DNA of 64,000 bases from Chrysomallon squamiferum (lineage: Eukaryota > Animalia > Mollusca), in NCBI GenBank assembly GCA_012295275.1, contig CM022678.1, positions 5,766,001 to 5,830,000 on the forward strand, read 5' to 3'. Positions 1-13,693 of this stretch are shown here, piece by piece; position 1 is the first letter of the stretch; every line of letters begins with the position of its first letter. A program made the position numbers and the translations under genes. Below the pieces are notes generated by a model. The model saw only the letters and a list, made by a program, of their open reading frames with translations. It searched no databases and had not been told where the DNA came from.

Positions 1-229
1 TGTATGTCATCCTAGTATTTCCTAATATTAAGGTTTAAAAGTTTTAGAATTTATATCTGATGCTGTTTTTCTTATTTATTTATTTCAAAAAAAATGATTC
101 CATAGTTATACAACTTGGTTATGGACAATATCAGAATTTGCTCCAATGAATCTAACAGCTGATCACGTAATAATCAGTTAACTAGTGAAGACGTCATTAC
201 AATTTCAAAACAAACAGGATAGTACATAC

Positions 230-346
230 CTCAGAGTTTCACGACCCAACTTGTTTTAGATGTGCGTACTCGTATTAAAACAAGAATGGATAAACCATGT
301 TGTTTCAGAAAGGCAAACATCACAGAGAACACTTGCACGTTTTTTT
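230..346 (-). other. Candidate 117-nt non-coding exon on the minus strand
   Basis: Minus-strand acceptor TTGACTTTCTTTCAG| and donor GAG|GTATGT. All three frames contain stops. Confidence 0.25.
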
Positions 347-2129
347 CTGAAAGAAAGTCAAGGCCAGATTAAACCAGCTTCCTTATAAAACATTCATGGA
401 ATTAATTTTGAAAATAGATTGGAGTAGAATGATGGTGGTAACATGGGGGGAATTGAGGGGGGGGGAAAAATCATTATGTTTCTTTTACGAGTATCGATCT
501 TTTGACCTACAACATCATAGCCATACATCCTGCTTCTCACAAATAATCAAAACGGCTTTTTTTTTTTTTTTTTTCCCCTCTCTTTTCTTTTCTTTCACTC
601 TCCTTTTTATCCATTTTACCCAGTAAATTGTAATATATGGCAAAGCTTTCTTCTGGAATTTGGTGTTGCAGCACAGCAAGCATTCTATTTTTAGCCTGTA
701 TCACACTGGCTGTATGTTAATGATTGCAGATCAATATACACCAAGCCCTTCTTCATGGTGACAAACCAGAATGACAAGAGTGCATGCCTATAAACAGCTA
801 AAAAAAAAAAAAAAAAAATCCATAAAAAAAAATCCACAAAAAAAAGAAATCACCTAATGCTAAGCTGCTGGAATTTAATTGTTCATTATTGCAAGCCAGC
901 GATATCATTCTGAGCCATAGTTTAAACAAATTTAATATATTTCCACTTGATGGGCAAGAGGAATGGTCAACAGATAATACAGTTTAATAATACTGGTGGA
1001 TTCCCCAGCCATTGCTGCTTTGTAGGTTTCCAAATTCCTCCTCAGCATATTGGAGCATTAAACTGTATTTTATCAGTTATTTATATATTTATTTATTCAT
1101 TTATTTATTTATTTAGTTAGTTATTGTTGTTGTTGTTGTTGTTGTTGTTGTTATTTTTATTATTATTATTATTATAAGTTATTTAAGTTCAATTATTATT
1201 AGTGACGTAAGTACTTTTGTCATCAGGTAACATGTGTGGTTAAAATGAACTGAATGAACAGAAAAAAAAAAAAAATAATAATAATAATAATAATTTGCCA
1301 CATACATGTTTAGATCCATAAAAAAGATAAAAATTCATATAATTATTATCAATTAGCCATGGGTGCTGTTGCAAAATGTCATTAAACATATCTTATCATA
1401 ATCTGATTGTACTCAGAACCCCTGCCTGTCTGATCAATAAATTAATTGTTATTTATTATATTTAATAATGAACATTGATTGATTTTTTTTTTTTTAAAAA
1501 AAAAAGAAATATGAAATACAAAATACATTAATTAATGTTGTGAAACCTGAGATGTATCCATCTGTATAGTAAACGTGAAAAAAAGAAGAAGATTTAATTA
1601 AAATAGACTGGTTTTTAAATTATTATTATTGTTGTTATTTCTAATAATGTGTTAATAAAAAACAGTTAATATAGTGACATAAAACATTTTTTCTGAACAT
1701 TGGGCAGTATTTCATTGGTAAAATAGAAGTGTAATTTATTTAGAATCTTTTCACGAAGATATATATGTATAATGTCAAAGAGACAAATAAAAATGTAAAA
1801 TTGGTATAAAAAGAAAGTCCAAAATATTTTTTACATTTTCATATTATAAAACTAAAGAAAAGCAAATAAAAATGGATAATTTGTGACCAATTCTAATTAT
1901 TGTTATTTTTTTATTTTTTTTTATTTTTATTTTTTTTATAATAGTTAAAATAAATTATATGAAATGATAATAATGAGACTAAAACTGATGTTTGAAATAC
2001 AATACCTTCCCCACCAGCAGGAACCAAAATAACAACAAGAACAATGATAACAATGTTAACAATAATAGCAGTCCCAAAAATAATAATAATATAATAGTTC
2101 ATGAAAACAATATTACTGATGCAGCCTGT

Positions 2130-2520
2130 GCCACTATACTGCAGCTGTAGCTGTTACTATTACTATTTCTTCTCCTGCTACTGTTACTACTATTATTACC
2201 ATTATTACTACTGCTACTGCTGCTATTAATAATACCACTACTACTACTACTATGACTCTATTACGACTGCTACTACTAGTACAACAGCACTCTACAAATA
2301 ATATCAAAAAGAAAAATAATAACAGTGTTATTACTACTACTATTGTTACTATTACATACAACAATTACTATACTACTACTACTACTACAGCAGCTACTAT
2401 TACTACCACAGTTACTACAGCTTTTACGGCTACTACTACACCATTTCTGATAATATTAAGAGGAAAAAAAAAAAAAGGTTAGTGCTACTGCTATTGCTAT
2501 TACTATTACTATTGCTGCTG
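2130..2520. repeat. Degenerate (ACT/GCT/ATT)n trinucleotide tract
   Basis: Direct inspection. Confidence 0.8.
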
Positions 2521-3159
2521 TGCTTCTCATGTAATGACAGCTTCTTCTGATAATAACAACATTAGCATTAATAACCTGAAGCACAATATTTATCTATGCT
2601 AATCTTGAAATAACAACAAAATTAATAAAAAAATAATTTACATTTAATCTCCATTAATCATTTTATATTAATGACATCGGTGTGCGTCATACATTTATTT
2701 ACACATGAATTAACAATCTGATAACACACCCTGACATTGCAGTAACATCAGAATTAATTTATAACACTAAAAAAAAAAGTAATTAAAAAAAAAGAAAGAA
2801 AGCAGTTACTTATGAATAAATCATCTTGTTAGATATCATTATAATTGTGTGATTAATGATAAAAAAACCACTGATAACAACGATGATGAAAATGATGCTG
2901 ATGATAAAAATGATGTTGATAATAATGATGATTTAATGATAATAGCAACAAAAATAATAAGAAGAAGATGAAAATTCCATACAAATCATTTACTGAGTCA
3001 AATACAAATTCCTTTTCAGGCCATAAATTATCATTTATTTAATTTGTTATTTTTTTTAAAATTCCATAATGGTCACCAGTCACCTGTCACCTCAAGTCTT
3101 TTATGTCAGTTATTATTGCTAAAATATGTTTCTTTTAAAATAATGTAACGTAAGCAAAA

Positions 3160-3330
3160 CAACTTCCACTGCCCATGAGCCCATTACATGGATTAGCATG
3201 AAGGATTCTTTTATATTTACCCACCCATAAACAGGAAAGCATACTTAATGACACAGAGCATTAAGCTAGATTGTGAAATGGTTCAATGGACGGACTAAGA
3301 AGTATTGATGGTTCGATACAGATTTATCTG
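3160..3330 (+). mobile_element. Decayed copy of an interspersed SINE-like repeat family
   Basis: GGATTAGCATGAAGGATTCTTTTATATTTACCCACCCATAAACAGGAAAGCATAC aligns by eye with copies at ~5508, ~46681 and ~61582. Confidence 0.55.
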
Positions 3331-3599
3331 AACACTAACAAAAATTGATCTTCTGACCTTTCACCCTTTGGGCCGCTGTTCTAACCAATGGACTACAACC
3401 CACTCCACCCCTGAGGTTAATATGGGCACAGCCTATGCTCCATAAGCACAAGCGATTACATTTTGATTGGCCTGAAGCTGAATAGTTCCTTGGCAGCAAA
3501 TTGAAGAGCACGAACTTGTCTGTGTTCTATTGATTATCACTATCCGATTAGTCTGAAATTAAAATGAAGGTCTGCTAAACCTTGGAATCATCCTGTTTT

Positions 3600-4330
3600 G
3601 TGCCATCGCAAAAATGTCTGCCATTTCCTGCTCGTTGTACCGTCTAAATCTTTTTTTATTTATAACGTAAAGCTGAGTTCTTGACATGGTTCTGAATATG
3701 GAGGAAGAAAGATGGAGAGAGGATCAATTCTGCACTGTATCATCGTCACAAGATGCCTGCCATTTTTCTGCCTCTTGATCCATCTGAATCTTTTTATTTT
3801 TAATGGAAACCTGAGTGCTTGATACAGTTGTCAGATAGAAAAAGAAAGAAAGAAAGAGAAAGAGAAAGAGATGGAGAGAAGGAAGTTCAGTATACATTAA
3901 ACCATTAAAAAAAATGTCTGCTGTTTTCTCTTACTTCTGCTGAGTAGCTTCATGAATAACTTAATGTAATGTTATATAATATAATATAATATAATATAAT
4001 ATAATATAATATAATATAATATAATATAATATATAATATAATATATAATATAATAATATTAATAAGTTAATGGCATAGCTTTTAGTATGAAGAAAGAAAG
4101 AAAAGAAAAGAAAATAAGGAGAATTGTTCTTCCAGTATCTGGCTGTTTTGGGCTTGAAATGGCTCTCAGAATGGAGAAAAAAAAAAACAAGAAAGAAAGA
4201 TGGAAAGAAGAAGGATCAATGTGTCATTTTATATCTAGCTGTAACAACATATCTGCCATTATTTTCTTCTACGACCTGGATGTTTATATTTTAACACAAA
4301 AAACAGCATCCCTAACATTGCCTTAAGTTT
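3600..4330. repeat. Degenerate ~140-bp tandem duplication (3-4 copies) interrupted by a (TATAA)n microsatellite at ~3975-4056
   Basis: Recurring AAAGATGGAGAGA..GGATCAAT and ATGTCTGCCATTT motifs at ~3613, 3708, 3753, 3869, 3913, 4195 and 4249. Confidence 0.6.
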
Positions 4331-4837
4331 AATAAACAGAGAAAAAAAAGAACATAGTTAGAAGGAAGATATTAGTAAATGGAAAGAGAGAAATTCTGAC
4401 TATTCAGCCGATGCTTATAATAAATTCATTAATTCTTTCATTATTGATTACCTTACATGACGGTTTATGCATACAAAAGACATGATCCATTGTTTTGCTC
4501 ATTCGGCACACAGAGTGAGCATATTCTTTTGTGTGTGTAATATATAATTATCATAATTTGTATGCATGCCTCCGTATGTATAATTAATAATGCCTCATCA
4601 CTGCTGTTGTCCCAGTTTTACATAATGGTAGTCAGGTTTCAGCTGGTCTGGTTCTGTTTTGAATGGATCTGTTCTGCAGACACAAAACAGAAGCATATCA
4701 AGAATCGTTTGGGTTTTAATTTAAGTAAGGTCAGTGTCTTGGACTTGAAGCTTGGAAGAAGGGGAAACGACTTTGTGATTGATTTAACAGTGTCATGATT
4801 GTCACGTTTTTTGATAAGCCCTTTTATGCTGTGCCGT

Positions 4838-5140
4838 TTTTCTGTTTGTTTTATGTTATGTTACGTTTTGTTAAATTTGTTGTTTTCTGTCGTTTTGTAT
4901 TATGTTACGTTTTGTTAAATTTGTTAAATTTGGTGTTTTCTGTCGTTTTGTATTATGTTACGTTTTGTTATGTTTGTTAAATTTGGTGTTTTCTGTCGTT
5001 TTGTATTATGTTACGTTTTGTTAAATTTGTTGTAGTCTGTCATTTTATATTACATTATGTTTGTTAAATTTGTTGTTTTATGTCGTTTTATATTGTTACA
5101 TTTTGTTACGTTTTGTTAAATTTGTTATTTCTGTCATTTT
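4838..5140. repeat. 44-54-bp minisatellite, ~7 copies, built on 5-bp periodicity
   Basis: Unit TTTTCTGTCGTTTTGTATTATGTTACGTTTTGTTAAATTTGTTG. It decays into TTATG/TTACA pentamers up to ~5445. Confidence 0.85.
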
Positions 5141-5449
5141 TCATTATGCTTTGTTGTCTTACTTCATGTTATGTTAGGTTAAATTATTTTATGTTGCATT
5201 GTTTTTTATGTTTATATTGTTAAGTTATTTTAGGTTATATTATGCTATTTCATGTCTTCTTACCTTACGTTAGATCAAATTGTTATTCTATAATTTTTTT
5301 ATTGTAATTATTTATATTAAACTATATTATAATTTTATTGCTTTTGTATTATGTTATGTTATGTTACTTAGGTTACGAATCATTATTTTATGCTTGTTAC
5401 ATCATGTTACATTATATTACATTATATTACATTAAATTATCTTACATTA

Positions 5450-5570
5450 TTGTTAAGGATCATGAAGACAATGAGAGAGAAAGCCAAAATGGCATATTCT
5501 TTTTTTTACTAGCAGCAAGGGATATTTCATATGAACATTCTAAAGTATTGACTTGTCATAGATAAATAAA
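5450..5570 (+). mobile_element. Decayed copy of the same SINE-like family
   Basis: GTTAAGGATCAT...GAGAGAGAAAGCC...TAGCAGCAAGGGATATTTCATATG shares the family core. Confidence 0.5.
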
Positions 5571-6497
5571 TATAGTCATATAATGATCAGTCATTTCACC
5601 AGTTGCCAAAAGAATATAATTGTCTATGAAAATTTTGCCCATTTGAGACCATCACACTTTGTGTCATACTTAAATAACACAGTATAAGACCTCCAGTCTT
5701 TTCTTGACAATATATTGGCTACAATTTAACTCTTCTTATATTTTATTTACTGTTTGCTCAGTTATTTGTTTGTTTATTTTATTATTTTGTTATCATTTTG
5801 ATACATTATTAAGTGCTAAGAATGGTTGCTTTCAAACATTGTTTTAATATTCAGTGACCTTTATAATTTTTTTTTAATTTGTTTAATTCATTATTTTTTA
5901 CTTTAATTTTTAATTTATTTATGATTTTTTCATGAATTTGTTGTTGTTGTAGGCATTTCTTTTTTTATTTTACTTCTCTTATTCATTCATTCATTCATTC
6001 TTTCTTTCGTTTATTGTTTATTTAATTATTATTTTTATTAATTTACGTTTTTAATCATTCTTTTATTTATTTATGTTCATTAATCCATCTATTTCAAACA
6101 GTTCTACAACAAACATATTAATTTTTCTCTCTTTATTTTTGTAATTTTTTTTTATTATTCATATTAATCCAACTTGTATTTTACATTTCATTAACTCATA
6201 CATATGGCAATGAGAGGTTTTACAAAAATCAAAAAAGAAATTGTAAAATGGAGAATGTAAACACAAACCTACCAGATGTGCATGTGCATAGCTGTGAGTT
6301 AATATTTTCCCATAACACCTTTCCCTCAGGCGATCTGACATTTTTATATATTTTAATATCACTGCATTTACATTTGTCACCAGCAGGACGCCAGATGTCA
6401 GTGTGTGCGTGGGACAGCCAGAAAATGTTAACGATTTTTATTCTCGTAGACTAGACTATATTATTGTAGAGCAAAAACAAATATATATATATATCTA

Positions 6498-6552
<55 letters not shown>

Positions 6553-6742
6553 GCACACGCACACACACACACACTATATGCTATTTACAAATAAATGCTT
6601 GTTAGAGAGTGATAAACTGGAAGACATTATTTCTCGTGTATTTTGGGAGTAGAAGTATAAAGTCAAAGAATTAATATTTTTAACTGGACCCACATTTTTT
6701 TTCTTCTTCTTCTTCTTCTTCTTCTTATTATTATTATTTTAA

Positions 6743-6804
<62 letters not shown>

Positions 6805-7924
6805 TATTTATTTTATTATTTTATTTTATTATTTTATTTTATTTTTTTTAAATAAGAATAAATAAAAATTAAACAGTAGAGCTTTTGACTAAATTTTTGT
6901 ATATGCTTTCGACTAAATTAACTCTCATTTAAATATTTAAGTAATAACTTATAATTCATACAAAAAGAAAACAAATATAAAAAAAACATAAAAACAACAT
7001 AACATACTGAGATATCTGAATAGCTTTTGCTGGAACATGAAATAGAGCAATATATATATATATGTACACATATATACATAAATACAAACATTCATACATA
7101 TATACATATACATATACATATACATATATGTATATATACACACACACTTAGACAGGCAACCTGAAACAAAGAATTAATTACCCATAGCCTTACTACTACC
7201 ACTACAAGACCAAACCAAAGTACCTGTCAAGCACTTCCTCGCACTCAGTCAAGACTTTGTCTGAAATAGAACCAATTTTCATCTGAAGTCTGCATAAACA
7301 AACAATGTCAGTTTTCCTAAACAGCAGTCTACAAAAGAGTGACTGAATTGTCTTAGTAAAACGTCTAGAAGCACCTGTTGTTCACATACACAAAACCAGT
7401 CTTGGTGAAACTCTAGGCTTGTTAGAGGTTTAATGTTCTTGTCAAACGTACTCCGTTAATATTTTGGTTCTGGTCCCTCCCAGAGTTAATGAGGTGTTGA
7501 ATGGAATGAATGGAACGAGAGAGAGAGGGGGGAGGGAGGGAGGGAGATAGAGGCAGAGGGAGGGAGGGAGAGGTGGTGAGGTGAATGAGATGGAGGCAAA
7601 ATTAATTTAATTATCTGTTATCAGAAGTATGAATAATGGTAGGTCTCTGTTTTTCTTTATGATGTAAAACATGGGGAGGGGAAAAAATCTAATTTTAATT
7701 TTTCATGTAAAATTATCTCAAAACTCTACTTTTGTTTTTGATGTGAACCATCCCATATATAATTATATTCATGTATTTAGCTTTTGAATTATATTTATGT
7801 TTTTTACTGAATAATTTCTGTATAAACAAATATTATGTTCTTTATTATTCATTATCATGTATCTTTTGGATTAGAATTTATTCTCTCCTGGATTAATAAT
7901 GTGAATTAATAAAGATAATAGTAT

Positions 7925-7959
<35 letters not shown>

Positions 7960-9554
7960 CATAAACATAGTCAAAATAATGATGATTATAAAATAATAAC
8001 AATGATGATGAAATTACAGCAACAATTACAGTATCATTACTAAACAGTAAATACTGGCTTACTGTAACTTTCAGTATAAGGTTAAAAGGCTAACAGAAGA
8101 CAGGCTGTGGAACATATGTACTGGTAGAAACAGAGAGAAAATGTGTATCAGATTATCATCATGTGGTCTTTTTTATATGATCCCTCTCACAACAAAACAC
8201 ACACAATTACCTTTGGTATATATCAGGTATTGTGCACTGTTTGGAGGTTTGTTTATGGCAGTAGAAAGCTTAAAAAAAAAAAATAATAAGAAAGAAAGAG
8301 AAAGAAAATAAAGCTCATTAACGTTAAACCATAATATTTATTTTTCAATATGAATTTATAATTTAGCAGATAATAACTGAAAGAATAAAAAAAATGCATG
8401 AAAGAAGGAAGGAAAGAAGGATGGTTTAACATATTTCAATATATTTTAATGTTAAAGGTTACTGAGCATCTATACTTTTATTATTTAAACTTACATTAAA
8501 GTGTACCTGCAGTATTTTGAATAAATGAGCTTTAACACTTCCAAGATATTATTTTATTCTTTTGGACAATCTATCATCAGCCATATGAAGGTATAATAAT
8601 AAAATAATACAGTTACTAAATTTTCCCACATAACTATTGGAGTCTTGACATCATCTTGGACTTTGTCGACTGAAATTTGTTTTGTTTTCTTCTGATTATA
8701 GGAGAAAATCAGACTATCCTATACAACGATGACATCATAACTACAGAAAAATGGCAACACCCAGATATTTTAAAACTTTACTCTTTTTTTTTTTTTTTTT
8801 TTAAATTTTAATATGTTATTAATTAACACTGAACCATCAGAACATAAATCTTAACATAAATTTTAAGTATGAAGGATATGTATATATTTGTACCATTTCT
8901 TCATAATATCACCAATGGTTCACCAATTTAAGTGAATTCTCAGTGGCTCTTCTTTATTCAGAAATAATAGTCTGACTGTGTTTTTGGTGGGGGGTTTATT
9001 TTTTTCCCAAGCGTTGTCTCTGCATTCAGCTTCACACATATCAAGTGGCTGGCAGAGTGTTTAGTAGTAATTACACACAAACATGTTGAGAAGATGTCTT
9101 TGTTGTTTTGTTTTAAGTGGGAAGTGTTTGAAGTTGTAATTATGAAGAAATTGCTACTCAAACTCATTAAGTAGGTGTTAGACCGCAGAAAAACATATTT
9201 TTCTTCATCATTTTTTTTATTTTTTGACTTTTTTCTTCACTGTTTTGTACTTTTGGTCCCTTTCTGTGTTTTCTTCACTCATTTTATAAAAAATCTTTTT
9301 TTAATTACAGTCTCCACTTTCTATCTTCTTCCTGATATTCTTTTTTTTCTCTGTTTTTTTTTTTTTGTTTTTTTCAACTCAAATATTCTCTTTTTATCAT
9401 CATTTTTTTTTTTTTTTCACATCGCTTAAGTTATTTTCATTTCATTTTTTTTCTCTTTATTTATAAGTCTCTTCATCCATTGATCTATCCATCTATCTTT
9501 CCACCTACCCATCTGTCTATCCCTCTATCTAGCCAACTCGTTCTTTGTGTCTCC

Positions 9555-9615
<61 letters not shown>

Positions 9616-9913
9616 TCTCTATTCCTCCTCCCCCTCTCCCTCTTCCCCCTCCTCCTCCCACTCAGTGTATGTGTGAAAACTACTTAACAGTCCAACAGCT
9701 GCTCCAGCTTGAAAAACCATCTGGTAACAAACGAACACCTGCCCAGCATAGAAAACACACATGCTTTTCTTTTTGTAATTACCTCATCCAGCCAGTTACA
9801 TTTGAGTATTGTTGTTTCCTGTTCATTTAAAAGCTAAAGATACTAATTAGTTAATAATAAAATAAATGTAAAAAAAAAAGAAAAAAAAAAGTCAAAACAA
9901 TCATTTTTTATTT

Positions 9914-9971
<58 letters not shown>

Positions 9972-10589
9972 GAGAGAGAGAGAGAGATTTTAAATGAATT
10001 TAAATGCAGATACTTAAATTCTTTCTTATTTTAACTGAATACACCAGCTTGATTCGGTTTATTTCTTTTTTTTAGTTATTTATGTATTTGTTAATTTTTT
10101 CTGTTTTTATTTTTTTTTTTTTTTTTTTTTTAATCTTTTGCAGGCCATATTTCCTTTTATATTGTTCATACATGTAACATTTTTTTGTGTAACCAACAGC
10201 TAATCGTTATAGATCATTTTAAAAACTTGTAAACACGAATTGTAATGGTGTATGTTTCGTTACTTGAAACTGCTTTTAACAGTTGCAAATCAATACGAAA
10301 ACACCTGTAATGGTGCATTTTAAATTGTGCAATAGTCCATAACTGCATTCCTTAAAAAAAAACTATTCAACTAAATCCATTGTGGGTCTTATTTCATTTG
10401 TTTTACTGAGAATTATTTGCACTTTTTCCTGTAAGAAAATATTAGCACATCATTCTGTTTTATTCCATTATTAAGTAGATGAAATACATTTTCATGATTT
10501 TTATCGACATCCATTGTTTAAGTATGTTGCAAAACAAATATTCGTGTATTGATTCATATAGAAAAATTTGTAGAAACTTCCTTCTTGTT

Positions 10590-10915
10590 CATATTAAAAT
10601 GTGATGTAAAATAAAATATTTATTTGTTTGTTTCATTCCTACAGAGAGAAATTCTGGAATCTTCCATCATGTTGATTCAGCAGTTGGATAATTGTATTAA
10701 AATGTGCTGTAAAACAAATATTTATTTATTCATTCCTGCAGATAAATTCTGGAATCTTCCATCATGTTGATTCAACAAGTGGATAATTATGTTAAAATGT
10801 GCCGTAAAACAAATATTTATTTATTCATTCCTCCAGAGAAATTCTGGTCTCTTCATTCATGTTGAATTCACAAGTGGTTGATTGTATTAAAACATGTTGT
10901 AAAACAAATATTTCT
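10590..10915. repeat. ~95-100-bp tandem repeat, ~3.3 copies
   Basis: ATTAAAATGTGCTGTAAAACAAATATTTATTTATTCATTCCT.CAGA.AAATTCTGGAATCTTCCATCATGTTGATTCA at ~10593, 10696, 10791 and 10886. Confidence 0.85.
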
Positions 10916-11351
10916 TTTTTATTTTACATATTTTCTGAAAACAAGAGATGTTTTCTGTTATTAAGTGCATGAGTACCTTGAATTATGAGTGCTATTTTTT
11001 TTTTTTTTTTTTTTTTTTTTTTGACATAAGATACTCAAGTGCATTGAGATGTTAATTAACAAGAATATTTTCATTTGTAACATATTTTTGTGATTTTTCT
11101 AACTGATTTGTCTTTTCCAAAATGCAGTGGAATTACAAGTATTAAGTGTATGACTATTTGTATCACAGTTTGTAACTGTTACTTATGTAAAACAAACATT
11201 TTTCTCTTCTTCTTTTTTTTTTTTCATTTACCATAAAAATCTGAATCACCTCATTAATCTTATCGTTCTTTCCCTTCTGCTGAATTATAGTATCAAATAA
11301 TTTTTACTCTTATGTAATATTAAAATGTACTGAAATATTACCAAAAAAAAA

Positions 11352-11525
11352 ATAATAATATTCCTTAATTCATTTACAATAACACTTTTATGAAAACCCA
11401 CCTCAACCTTGATAATATTTTTTCATTTATAATATAAAAAATAATATTCCTTAATTCATTTACAATAACACATTTATGAAAGTCCACCTCAACCTTGAAA
11501 ATGTTTGTTCATTTATAATAAAAAT
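11352..11525. repeat. ~87-bp tandem duplication
   Basis: AATAATATTCCTTAATTCATTTACAATAACAC.TTTATGAAA..CCACCTCAACCTTGA occurs twice. Confidence 0.85.
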
Positions 11526-11980
11526 TTTAGCCCATTCCACTGACTTCATCATTCCCTCCCTTCTGCAGATTACCATATTTTATAACTAATTTGTATATTA
11601 AATTTTACTGCTACATAATATTAGAATATACTGTAAAAGAAACATTCCTTAATTCCTTGTAACAAATTATTACTGGTTCACCCCCCCAAAAAAATTAACT
11701 TTGTGCTTTCCTGATTAGCATTGTCATATTCTTAAATGTAATTTCAGTTCATCCGATGACTTAAAAAACAAAAAAACAAACAAACAAATAAATAAATAAA
11801 ATAAATAAATAAAAACGTTAACACCACTCCAGCATGTAAACCACATCATCTACTGCGCTGACAGCTTTTAAAGTCACATAACATTTAACAGGTAATGTAA
11901 AACAAATTTCCCATAATTCCTTGTAACACATTTTTTTTTTTTTTTTTTTCTTTCTTTCTTTCTTTCTTTCTCTCTCTAAG

Positions 11981-12147
11981 CTTTTTTCCCCCACCATTTT
12001 GGACGATCTGACTTCTCAAGTGCGAGAACACTTGCGTAATGATTTCTTCTATCCAGACTTTTTATCTCAATTGATTTCTAATGATCAGACAGATTCTTCC
12101 TGCGAACCGGGATGATCCTCTTAGACTAGATTATTCCAGAATGAGGT
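11981..12147 (+). other. Candidate non-coding (5' UTR) exon
   Basis: About 50-nt pyrimidine tract plus TAAG|, a CpG-containing unique island, and donor |GTGAGT at 12148. Confidence 0.3.
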
Positions 12148-12409
12148 GTGAGTGAATTAAGTTACACAAACAAGCCGATAACTTGGCTTAAATAGGCCAT
12201 TGTCGAATGCCGAAAATGTACGTGTGGCGATATGTAAAAATGTCTGCTGCAAATATCCATGGTTATCTAGCTTAAATGGGAAGGAACTTTATTAATTTAT
12301 ACTTGTTAATGTATGTTTGTTTCATTAGAGGCCTAGATTACAATATAATATTTGTAATCTAAACCTAAGCACATGTTTTAACATGTTAATCAATGAAAAT
12401 ATCCTTTTA

Positions 12410-12620
12410 AAATAAATTTAATAATCAAATATGTGAGTTACAGTATAATATAGAGTGTGTGTGTTGTGTCAAGATATATATACATACACATACATAAGCA
12501 CATATACATGCACTCATACACATGTACATAAAAGTATCAAAATCAAGAAAAAATGAAAACAAATTTAATAACTTTAATATCAAATATGTGAGGTACAGTA
12601 TAATACAGAGTCTGTGTGTG

Positions 12621-12680
<60 letters not shown>

Positions 12681-12797
12681 GATATATTCATACACATGCA
12701 TGCATATATATATATATATATATACACATGCACTCACACACACACACATAAAGTATCAAAAACAAGAAAAGAAAATGAAAACATACAAATTTAATAA
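12410..12797. repeat. Tandem duplication (~155 bp) whose second copy carries expanded microsatellites
   Basis: ATCAAATATGTGAG.TACAGTATAATA.AGAGT...ACATGCACTCA...AAAGTATCAAAA.CAAGAAAA occurs twice. Confidence 0.8.
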
Positions 12798-13638
12798 ATG
12801 CTGATCCAGAAGTAGATTGTGTTTAGAGTTTCTTATTTGCAAAACAGCAAGCCATGTACCTAGATAAGAGAAAGCTTTATGTATTTGTGTGTGTGTGTAT
12901 GTTTTATCTTGTTTTTCACATGTCTGTATGCGTTATGTATTTTCTTTGATAAGTTTATCTTTGGCGTGGTACAGGGTTTATGTTTCAGTGGGGGTGTGAA
13001 CAATTTCTCCAACTCAGAAAGGCTTGAAAAGTGCTGAGACAGGAAAAGAAATATAGGCATTATTCAGTTTGTTTATTTGTTTATTTATTTATTTATTTAT
13101 TTATTATTATTTTTGGTTGGACGTGTGACTGTGTGTGTGTGTCTGTGTGTGTGTGTGAGTGGGTGGGTGGAATTTTGTGTGTGGGTGTCTGTGATTGTGT
13201 TTGTATATGTTTGTATATGTGTGTATGTTTGTATAGATAGTAGATAGATAGATAAGAGATAGATAGATTACAGACACATTTACGTAAATATATGTACGCT
13301 TGACTTGTATAGATGTAAATGTATAAGTGTGTGTGCGTGTATGTATGTATGTATGTATATCTGTGTGTAACTATATATATATACTAGTAACAAAACCGTT
13401 TCTGTTATTATTTCAAGATGAAATAAAAAGATTCTTGTTCTGTGAAGAGCATTTACCAAAACATCTACAGACTCTCTTCTCTCTCTCTCTCTCTCTCTGT
13501 GTAAGAATCTGCTCCTTATCTTTCATCTGATTTCCTTTATGCTTTTTATAGATAAGGATGTCAAATGTGTTTATATATGTGTGCTGTACTTCAAGAACGC
13601 TTTTATATCTAACATGCTATTTTCTTTTGTTTTCGTAG

Positions 13639-13693
13639 GCTTGTCAAATTCCAGTGCTTTTTTCGTCTCATTCCAAGTTAAACATCATCTGAG
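13639..13693 (+). other. Candidate 55-nt non-coding (5' UTR) exon
   Basis: Acceptor TTTTCTTTTGTTTTCGTAG|G and perfect donor GAG|GTGAGT, with a CTAAC branch-like motif at ~13609. Same strand as Shaw. Confidence 0.45.
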
